A DNA stretch of 35,089 bases, taken from positions 1 to 35,089 of the forward strand of contig LIZR01000006.1 in NCBI GenBank assembly GCA_001302825.1, written 5' to 3'. Under the pieces are notes generated by a model. The model was not told the origin of the DNA. It worked only from the letters and a program-made list of their open reading frames with translations, and ran no database searches. Position 1 is the stretch's first letter. Each line of letters starts with the position of its first letter. The translations under genes and the position numbers were made by a program. Positions 20,482-26,924 of this stretch are shown here, piece after piece. Source of the stretch: Planctomycetes bacterium DG_23 (GTDB taxonomy: Bacteria; Planctomycetota; DG-23).

Positions 20482-20814
20482 TCAATGCTCACAGATGTTT
20501 TCTTCCAAGGCCAGAGTTCCTTGAAGATGTTGCCTTACCAGTTCCTCAGGCTCAAGGTTCGGTGCACCGGTGAGCACCTTTATTCCATATTGAGCAAAGA
20601 TATCCAAAGCGCGAGGACCTATTCCGCCAGTGATAACCACGTCCGTTTCCTGTTCCTTAAGCCACTTGGGAATGACCCCGGGGGCATGCGGAGGCGGGTT
20701 ACACCTTTCACCTGCCTTGAGTTTTCCTTGTTCAATGTCGAAAAAGGCAAAATAGTCGCTGCGGCCGAAATGAGGAGAAACTCGCCCTTGTATAACGGGA
20801 ACGGCTATCTTCAT
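20482..20814 (-). CDS. NifB/NifX (MTH1175-like) metal-cluster-binding protein
   Basis: MKIAVP...SPHFGR, NPPPHAPG, DVVITGGIGPRA, C-terminal NICEH. Confidence 0.9.
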   Translation of the reverse strand: MKIAVPVIQGRVSPHFGRSDYFAFFDIEQGKLKAGERCNPPPHAPGVIPKWLKEQETDVVITGGIGPRALDIFAQYGIKVLTGAPNLEPEELVRQHLQGTLALEENICEH

Positions 20815-20827
20815 CTTCTTCTCCCGG

Positions 20828-21637
20828 CTATTTTTGATAGCCTGCTTTTTTCAAAACTTTAGTTGCGGAAACATACGCCGGCGAATCCTCCGGTAAATCC
20901 AGAAGGGATTCTCCTTCTATAGTGCGTCTGGCCACCTCTTCATCTCTGAAGACACTGCCCAAAAACTTCGTCCCCTCGGGCAGCATCTCGGCCGCTGGCT
21001 CTGTACCCTGGGGAAAGATGTGATTGGCGACTATATAGAAATTTTCCGTGTGGATGCCGATGGCGCCGATGAGTCTCTTGGAGCGGCTAATATTGGCGAA
21101 GGATTTTTTCGTCCCGTCAAGGATGGCAAAGATGCTTTCCACCTGCGTGGTGATTCTGCGATTGAGGTGTTCCAATCCCGCGGGCGAATCAATTAAGGTG
21201 AAGTCATAATGCGGGGAAATCTTCTCCATCAAGGCCTTCAGCCAGTGATTGGGAAGACAGTAGCACCCGGCTGTCCACTTGGCCCCCAAGGCGAAGAAAT
21301 CAAACCCCGGCCCTTCGTAGAGGCCTCCCTGGTGAAATAGAAACTCAATCTGGTCGGGCCGTGCTGGTATGGCCTTGCCCACGCTCTCATCCACTGCCGC
21401 GTCCCTGACATCGAAGATTATCTCGGATACGGTCCTCACACCCTCTTTTTCCAAATCCACACCGAGCATCATGGCCAGGGATTGGTCCGGGTCGGCATCA
21501 ACCGCCAGGATGCGCTTCGCATCCTGAGGATGCTCAGCATCCGAAGGGCGCTTCCCATCGCGTAGATATTTGAGTGCCAGAGCAATAAAACTCGTCTTGC
21601 CCACGCCCCCTCTTCCTGTTGAAACAAGTATTCCCAT
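20828..21637 (-). CDS. CooC-like (nickel insertion / CODH maturation) MinD-type ATPase
   Basis: GRGGVGKTS, AVDADPD, GCYC metal motif, IDSPAGLEHLNRR; start ATG 21637 or TTG 21646. Confidence 0.85.
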   Translation of the reverse strand: MGILVSTGRGGVGKTSFIALALKYLRDGKRPSDAEHPQDAKRILAVDADPDQSLAMMLGVDLEKEGVRTVSEIIFDVRDAAVDESVGKAIPARPDQIEFLFHQGGLYEGPGFDFFALGAKWTAGCYCLPNHWLKALMEKISPHYDFTLIDSPAGLEHLNRRITTQVESIFAILDGTKKSFANISRSKRLIGAIGIHTENFYIVANHIFPQGTEPAAEMLPEGTKFLGSVFRDEEVARRTIEGESLLDLPEDSPAYVSATKVLKKAGYQK

Positions 21638-21678
21638 ATTGGGCAAATCCCCTCAAATGGACTTAGGCCAAAAATAGA

Positions 21679-21707
21679 ATTATATCATATATAGCCCTCT
21701 TTGTCAA
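21679..21707 (-). promoter_or_regulatory. Consensus sigma70 promoter upstream of the cooC-like gene
   Basis: Exact TTGACA-N17-TATAAT with TG extension on the minus strand. Confidence 0.8.
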
Positions 21708-21733
21708 TACACTCGTTGACGAGGAAAAGCGGC

Positions 21734-22417
21734 TTAGCCTTTTAGTTCTTTGAGTCTTTTCCTTATGGCCTCTAATTGCTGTTCGAGCATTTGGGCCTGC
21801 TGCTGGAGAAAGGCAAGTTCCTGCTCCGGGGACATCTGAGGCTGGGCTCCTGGCTGCTGGAATGCACCGGGGGCGGCCATCATTCCTCGACCCATTCCCC
21901 CACCCATACCGCGGCCCATACCTCTACCCATACCACCACCTCGACCCATACCGCCACCCATACCCATACCGGCGCCCATACCCATACCTGGAGCGAAAGG
22001 CATTTGGGTGCTAGGTTGGCCTGGGCCACTTGCCGGCTGGCCGGGAGCACCCGTGCCCATACCAAAATGGCCGGGCACATTGGGCTGTGAGGCAGCCCCT
22101 AAACTCCCTTTCTTGAAGGATTCAATTGCCTGCCGAACGGTGCCGGAAGCGCCGATAACCACCTGGATGCCAGCGGCCTGCAAGGTGCGGTAGGCGTTGG
22201 GTCCGCAATTGCCAGTGATGACCGCTTCAACATCGTTTTCCGCTATAAGTTGGCCGGCCTGAATGCCTGCACCGCCGCCCGCTGTGGCATAGGGATTTTG
22301 CGTAGCCTTGAAGTCAAGCGATTCAGCGTCAGCAAAGATGAAATACTGACATCTTCCAAATCTCGGATCTACCTGGGCATCCAGGTCAGCCCCGGTTGAT
22401 GTAACGCAGATTTTCAT
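21734..22417 (-). CDS. NifB/NifX domain + Gly/Met/Arg-rich linker + DUF5320-type C-terminal coiled coil
   Basis: MKICVTSTG...VDPRFGRC, GGAGIQA, VITGNCGPNA; GMG(R/G) repeats; tail MSPEQELAFLQQQAQMLEQQLEAIRKRLKEL. Confidence 0.9.
   Translation of the reverse strand: MKICVTSTGADLDAQVDPRFGRCQYFIFADAESLDFKATQNPYATAGGGAGIQAGQLIAENDVEAVITGNCGPNAYRTLQAAGIQVVIGASGTVRQAIESFKKGSLGAASQPNVPGHFGMGTGAPGQPASGPGQPSTQMPFAPGMGMGAGMGMGGGMGRGGGMGRGMGRGMGGGMGRGMMAAPGAFQQPGAQPQMSPEQELAFLQQQAQMLEQQLEAIRKRLKELKG
21884..21988 (-). repeat. Imperfect coding tandem repeats encoding GMG(R/G/A)
   Basis: Recurrent cccatac units on the plus strand. Confidence 0.8.
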
Positions 22418-22455
22418 ACTTAGACTCCTTTTTTTCTGAAGAACACTTCAGTGCA

Positions 22456-22492
22456 GCCGTCTGGAGGCAAAAATAATTCACCTCCAGGCGGC
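22456..22492. other. Intergenic stem-loop
   Basis: GCCGTCTGGAGG-N13-CCTCCAGGCGGC, 11 of 12 pairs Watson-Crick. Confidence 0.6.
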
Positions 22493-22498
22493 CTCCCT

Positions 22499-22879
22499 TC
22501 AGGAACCTTCCTCGGAAAGTTCCTTAATCCTGGCGTGGATGCTGTCAATCTGTTTTTCCAGGGCATCGGCCTGGGTCTTGAGGAATTCAAGTTCCTGTTC
22601 CTTGCTCATCCCGGGCCAGGCCCCGGGCGTAAATCCGGCGGCAAAAGGCGCCCCGGCAGAACCCGCTCCAGGCGTAAAGGCCGGATAAGGAACTTGCCCC
22701 TGCTGAACACTTTGCCAATAGGCTTGCGCCTGAGGTGTAGGCCACTGCCCGCTCGTCAGGAAACTCGCGCAGGGACCCAGGCCCGTAGGGCTTCTTCCTA
22801 TCCAGCCCGGGCTAAACCCGAAGCGCATCCAGCCAGGAAGTCCGGTGAGTTGGTACATCCACCTATATCCGCCCGGCAT
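22499..22879 (-). CDS. DUF5320-like protein (TGLPGW motif + coiled coil)
   Basis: YRWMYQLTGLPGWMRFG; tail MSKEQELEFLKTQADALEKQIDSIHARIKEL; SD AGGAGGGTG. Confidence 0.85.
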   Translation of the reverse strand: MPGGYRWMYQLTGLPGWMRFGFSPGWIGRSPTGLGPCASFLTSGQWPTPQAQAYWQSVQQGQVPYPAFTPGAGSAGAPFAAGFTPGAWPGMSKEQELEFLKTQADALEKQIDSIHARIKELSEEGS

Positions 22880-22934
22880 GATTCACCCCTCCTTTCTTGC
22901 AAAACGAGTAAATTAATGTGCTAATGGGCATTTA

Positions 22935-23333
22935 CTACCACCAACGCCTCATACCGCGGCCTATGCCCATGCCTCGGCCTATGCCCATGCCTCGGCCTAT
23001 GCCTCTGCGCATACCGAGACCTAAGCGCGGCCGCATGAACCCCCCGTAATAGGGTGCATAAGGCAGCCCTCGGCCATAGCCAACAGGCATTCCAGCCGAG
23101 TAAGGATAGTCATAGGCGCCATATGCAGAAGGGTATCCTGCAGCCCCGTAGCCATAGGGATAGCCATAGGCGCCAGAGCCAGAAGGATATCCGTAGCCCC
23201 CTAACCTTCCCAGGGCTAACCCCCCGGGCATTGGATTGGCAAAGCCAGGCACAGGAAAACCAGCACAAAAACCTGCAGCCCTTCCCGTCATAGGTCCCAT
23301 ACCCCAGGGACCGGTTCCGTCTCCACCAGGCAT
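22935..23333 (-). CDS. DUF5320-like protein (N-terminal GTGP motif), Gly/Tyr/Arg low-complexity, no coiled coil
   Basis: MPGGDGTGPWGMGPMTGRAAGFCAG; YGYP repeats; GIGRGM tail repeats; start moved to ATG 23333 (SD AGGGGGTG). Confidence 0.85.
   Translation of the reverse strand: MPGGDGTGPWGMGPMTGRAAGFCAGFPVPGFANPMPGGLALGRLGGYGYPSGSGAYGYPYGYGAAGYPSAYGAYDYPYSAGMPVGYGRGLPYAPYYGGFMRPRLGLGMRRGIGRGMGIGRGMGIGRGMRRWW
22957..23003. repeat. Perfect 18-bp tandem repeat, about 2.6 copies (coding)
   Basis: cggcctatgcccatgcct twice, then cggcctatgcc. Confidence 0.9.
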
Positions 23334-23409
23334 TTCATTCACCCCCTTTCGCTTTCTGCACTAATCCTTTGTCGAGTCTCTTCTACTAAAGTGACCTGAA
23401 AACCGACAA

Positions 23410-23874
23410 CTATTCACGGGCATTGCGGCCAAAGCCAGCTCGCCCGCCTCCTCTGGCATACCCACGGTCCTCCTCGGCGCGACGGATGAAATTGCTTCCA
23501 CAATTGGGGCAATTTGCGGGCCTCGGCGTGCCGTAAGGAACCTCCCAGGAATGCCCGCAACCGCCGCATCCGAATTTCCTCATTGCCACCTCGTAATTTC
23601 CTCCTTGAATGCTTAATGCCTTGCCATTAATTAGCGCCTGGGCCACCTTCTTTCTCGCCTCTTCCACGATGCGCCCGAAAGTGGCCCGGGAGATGTTCAT
23701 CCTTCCCGCGGCCTCTTCCTGGCTTAAACCCATAAGGTCGGCCAGACGGAGCGCCTCCAGTTCGTCCACGGTTAGCCCAATTCTTTCTAACCCCTGCCTC
23801 CAAGGCCCCGGAGGGCCAAAGGAGTTATGTAAAGGCCTCCAGCCTACGCGCCGTCTTTTTCTTGGTCTGGGCAT
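23410..23874 (-). CDS. DUF134 (UPF0251) helix-turn-helix protein with C-terminal zinc ribbon and RG-rich tail
   Basis: MPRPRKRRRV, LTVDELEALRLAD.GLSQEEAA.RMNISRATF, ARKKVAQAL.GKAL.IQGG; then CGGCG...CPNCGS. Start moved to ATG 23874. Confidence 0.92.
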   Translation of the reverse strand: MPRPRKRRRVGWRPLHNSFGPPGPWRQGLERIGLTVDELEALRLADLMGLSQEEAAGRMNISRATFGRIVEEARKKVAQALINGKALSIQGGNYEVAMRKFGCGGCGHSWEVPYGTPRPANCPNCGSNFIRRAEEDRGYARGGGRAGFGRNARE

Positions 23875-23891
23875 AGCCACTCCAATAGTTT

Positions 23892-23938
23892 TGAGCATAT
23901 GCTCATAATAAGTATACCCTATGGATAGGCATTGTCAA
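23892..23938 (-). promoter_or_regulatory. Promoter and palindromic operator of the DUF134 gene string
   Basis: TTGACA-N16-TATACT (23911-23938) followed by the perfect palindrome TGAGCATATGCTCA (23892-23905). Confidence 0.8.
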
Positions 23939-23972
23939 GGCAAAAAATGGCAAAAAAATCCGAAAATTTTGT

Positions 23973-24017
23973 TTGACACGGAGGCGAAGCCACCATATAT
24001 TAGAAAATGCGAATATA
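23973..24017 (+). promoter_or_regulatory. Promoter and inverted-repeat operator of the second arsR-family gene
   Basis: TTGACA-N17-TATATT (23973-24001); inverted repeat TATATT-N10-AATATA (23996-24017). Confidence 0.65.
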
Positions 24018-24033
24018 CTAATAGGGTACCGCT

Positions 24034-24318
24034 ATGGAAGAAATGGTACAGGTCTTTAAGGCCCTTTCCTCTGAACAGCGGATGAGGATTGTTGAGGCCC
24101 TCAAGGAAAAGCCCCTTTGCGTTAACGCCCTGGCCACGAGGCTGGGTATGAGGCAATCGGCGGTTTCTCAGCATTTGCGCATCCTGCGTGCGGCAGGTCT
24201 GGTTAAGGGCGAAAAACAGGGCTACTGGGTTCATTATTCGCTGGATGGTCAAAAGCTTGAACGAAGTTTGCAATATATAAAGGAATTCTTAGGATTTGAT
24301 AATTTCCCCGGTATATAG
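24034..24318 (+). CDS. ArsR/SmtB family transcriptional regulator
   Basis: FKALSSEQRMRIV, LCVNALA, QSAVSQHLRILR, GYWVHYSL. Confidence 0.92.
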   Translation: MEEMVQVFKALSSEQRMRIVEALKEKPLCVNALATRLGMRQSAVSQHLRILRAAGLVKGEKQGYWVHYSLDGQKLERSLQYIKEFLGFDNFPGI

Positions 24319-24327
24319 AGTTCATCT

Positions 24328-24921
24328 ATGAATGTTCTGAAAAAATATTTAGTCCGCATGTGCGCAATTGTTGCTATCTATTTTGTGCTCGGGTTTGGTG
24401 CGCACCTCGTTGATGAGGTCTTGGATATGCCCCATCCTTATTGTGGACCACACACCTCCTGGTTTAGACTTGCACTTTACCGTGGAGTTCATCTCGGCAT
24501 TATCTTTGCAGCAGCGATATTTTTTATTGCCAATCTGAGTGTGGTCGTTGACTGGGTAAGGGCAACTGGCCCACGGCCATTGAGGGAAGACCTGGATATG
24601 GACTACTATCCCAGATTCTGGCAGGCGTCTCGCTGGCTGCGCTCCCGGCTTTCTCGGCTTGTGCTTATAGCCGGCTTTTTAGTCATCGTGGGCTACTGGA
24701 CAGCGACAATAATTTGGATTTGGGAGGCTGAGCAAAGCCCCCACGGAATGATCTCGCCTCCGCATCGGATATCATCCGTTATCTGTTTTGGTTGGAGTGT
24801 TGCTTGGTTGGCAGACTCACTGCAACGAAAAAGCAAGAGTACTGTTGTAGGTTCCGTACTCTTTATGATGCTGACTTCTTGGCAATTATATGTTGTCGGA
24901 GTGTATCCATTAGTGGGATAG
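24328..24921 (+). CDS. Hypothetical integral membrane protein
   Basis: About 5 hydrophobic segments; fills the gap between arsR2 and the ABC ATPase with short spacers; no family recognised. Confidence 0.65.
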   Translation: MNVLKKYLVRMCAIVAIYFVLGFGAHLVDEVLDMPHPYCGPHTSWFRLALYRGVHLGIIFAAAIFFIANLSVVVDWVRATGPRPLREDLDMDYYPRFWQASRWLRSRLSRLVLIAGFLVIVGYWTATIIWIWEAEQSPHGMISPPHRISSVICFGWSVAWLADSLQRKSKSTVVGSVLFMMLTSWQLYVVGVYPLVG

Positions 24922-24929
24922 AGGTGTGG

Positions 24930-25979
24930 ATGACAAGTGTGGGTAAAGAAGAATGGGCGATAGTTGTCTCGGGGCTTACTAAGCACTATGGCGAAGTCGT
25001 TGCCGTAGATGAAGTGAGTTTCAAGGTGCCTCAGGGCGAGATATTCGCCCTTTTGGGCCCGAATGGTGCCGGGAAGACTACTACTATCAGGATGCTGGTG
25101 GGTTTGAGTTGCCCGACCGCCGGTGATGCGCAGGTGGCTGGCTTTGGTATTGGGGCCGACCTGGTGAGGCTTAAAGAGACCGTCGGGGTGGTGCCTGAAA
25201 CCTCCAATCTTTACGAAGAACTGACGCTGCTGCAGAATCTTATTTTTATGGCTGAACTCTACGGAGTTCCCAGGGGCGAGCGCCGAGGGCGTGCGGAAAG
25301 GCTTCTGGCAGAATTTGGGCTTCTGGATATGCGGGAGACAATATTCAGGAATCTTTCCCGGGGTTTTAAGCGCCGGCTAACCATTGCCGCAGCGCTTATC
25401 CATTCCCCTCAGGTGCTTTTTCTGGACGAACCTACGCTGGGTCTGGATGTGATGGCGGCACGCAACTTGAGGGAGATGATTCGAGAACTCAATCGTGACG
25501 GCACCACGGTTTTTTTGACCACCCATAACATCCCTGAGGCTGAGGCCCTGGCCAACCGCGTAGGCATCATCGTTAAAGGACGACTCATTGCGCTTGAGTC
25601 ACCGGAAGCACTCAGGCTCAAGGCCCAGGCCGCCACCATTATTGAACTTAATCTGGAGAGGCTGCCCGAACCGGTCATTGAAGACTTTTCCGCCCTCCCC
25701 TTTGTGAGCCAGGCTTATAAGGAAGGCGATAGTCGTCTGCGGGTCGTTCTTGAGGAGGTTACCTCCCCGGCCCGAGAAGCCCCGGCCGGGCCGGCAGGCA
25801 TATACGAGGTCATTCAATTGGCGCAAAGTAAAGGCCTTAGGATTCGGTCGTTATCCACGATAAGGCCGACATTGGAAGACGCCTTTGTGCAACTGACCGG
25901 CGTTGAAGCAGAGGTAATGAGGATGGATAAGGTTTCCTCTCCGGGCGCAAGGCCGGGAAGTTCTGGAGGCGGAGATTGA
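24930..25979 (+). CDS. ABC exporter ATP-binding subunit (DrrA/NodI-like)
   Basis: GPNGAGKTT, LSRGFKRR signature variant, LFLDEP, TTH, PTLEDAF; start moved to ATG 24930 (SD GAGGTG). Confidence 0.93.
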   Translation: MTSVGKEEWAIVVSGLTKHYGEVVAVDEVSFKVPQGEIFALLGPNGAGKTTTIRMLVGLSCPTAGDAQVAGFGIGADLVRLKETVGVVPETSNLYEELTLLQNLIFMAELYGVPRGERRGRAERLLAEFGLLDMRETIFRNLSRGFKRRLTIAAALIHSPQVLFLDEPTLGLDVMAARNLREMIRELNRDGTTVFLTTHNIPEAEALANRVGIIVKGRLIALESPEALRLKAQAATIIELNLERLPEPVIEDFSALPFVSQAYKEGDSRLRVVLEEVTSPAREAPAGPAGIYEVIQLAQSKGLRIRSLSTIRPTLEDAFVQLTGVEAEVMRMDKVSSPGARPGSSGGGD

Positions 25980-26719
25980 TTCTTAATCAATTAGCGAAGA
26001 GTTTCCACATCGCCAGGAAAGATATCCGGGCGTACTATCTCAAACCGCCGCTAATTACCTGGGGGCTTATGTTTCCGGCAGTGATTATCCTGGCGATGTA
26101 TCTCAAGGACCCGCAGGGAATCCAAAGGATAGCCCCGGGGCTCATTGCGATGACGCTTCTTTTCGGCAATACTTCAATGGCGGCCATTGTAGTTACCTTT
26201 GAAAAGCGGATTGGGGCCCTGGAAAGACTTCTTCTGGCGCCGGTTTCCCGGCCTGCGCTAATCGGGGGTAAGGTAATGAGTGCGGCGGCCTTCGGGCTGC
26301 TCACCAGCACCATAATCAGCATAGGCTATATTGTTATTTTCAAGCATATGCCGCTTAGGCCGGGGCTACTGGCCTTAACGCTTCTTTTAGGGTCGGTTCT
26401 TTTCGCTTCCTTAGGGACATTCATATCTCTTGCCGTCAAGGAAGTCTTTGAGGCTATGACTGTATGCAATTATGTGCGGTTCCCTTTAATTTTTGTAAGT
26501 GGCGTATTTACGAGCATAAAGGTTTTACCGCGGCCTCTTCTGCCCATTGCCTACATTTCGCCTCTTTCCTATGCGGTAGATGGGGTGCGGCAGTCTTTTG
26601 CAGGTGAAGGAGGAATTTTTCCCATCTATCTTGACCTGATATTGCTTGCCTTATATGGATGTCTATTTTTCGTTCTTGCGGTATGGGGCTTAAAGAGGCG
26701 AATTCAAAAGGAATACTGA
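25976..26719 (+). CDS. ABC-2 type permease
   Basis: About 6 TMs, EKRIGALERLLLAPV, FVSGVF, SPLSYAVDGVR; 4-bp overlap with the ATPase gene. Confidence 0.92.
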   Translation: MILNQLAKSFHIARKDIRAYYLKPPLITWGLMFPAVIILAMYLKDPQGIQRIAPGLIAMTLLFGNTSMAAIVVTFEKRIGALERLLLAPVSRPALIGGKVMSAAAFGLLTSTIISIGYIVIFKHMPLRPGLLALTLLLGSVLFASLGTFISLAVKEVFEAMTVCNYVRFPLIFVSGVFTSIKVLPRPLLPIAYISPLSYAVDGVRQSFAGEGGIFPIYLDLILLALYGCLFFVLAVWGLKRRIQKEY

Positions 26720-26734
26720 GAGGAGGTGAAGAAG

Positions 26735-26872
26735 ATGTGTGATAGGGTAAAAAAATCCGGGTGCGAACATTCAGAAAGGTTAAAAGGGAGGCCAGAGGAT
26801 TGCACTGCGGAGCAGATTAGAGAGTGTCACGGCGAGGTGAAGGGCCATCCTTGCGTAAAGAAAAGCAAGTAG
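26735..26872 (+). CDS. Small Cys/His-rich protein (45 aa), metallothionein-like
   Basis: Hand translation, below the ORF-track cutoff: SD AGGAGGTGA (26721-26729), MCDRVKKSGCEHSERLKGRPEDCTAEQIRECHGEVKGHPCVKKSK*. Confidence 0.8.
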   Translation: MCDRVKKSGCEHSERLKGRPEDCTAEQIRECHGEVKGHPCVKKSK

Positions 26873-26924
26873 AAGTTCGCGCTACTAAATCAGGTAGCCA
26901 AATAGCGCAGGAATCGGAAGAAAA

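Noticed and set aside
16814-20814. Selenocysteine read-through at TGA stops of metal-related genes (arsR, nifX)
   Set aside because: The stops fall at the expected ends of these proteins, not at conserved Cys positions.
20482-22417. NifX-family genes as evidence of nitrogen fixation
   Set aside because: No nifHDK/ENB here; MTH1175-like NifX domains are widespread in non-diazotrophs.
21884-23003. Short repeats as a CRISPR array
   Set aside because: The repeats are in-frame coding units with no unique spacers, and there are no cas genes.
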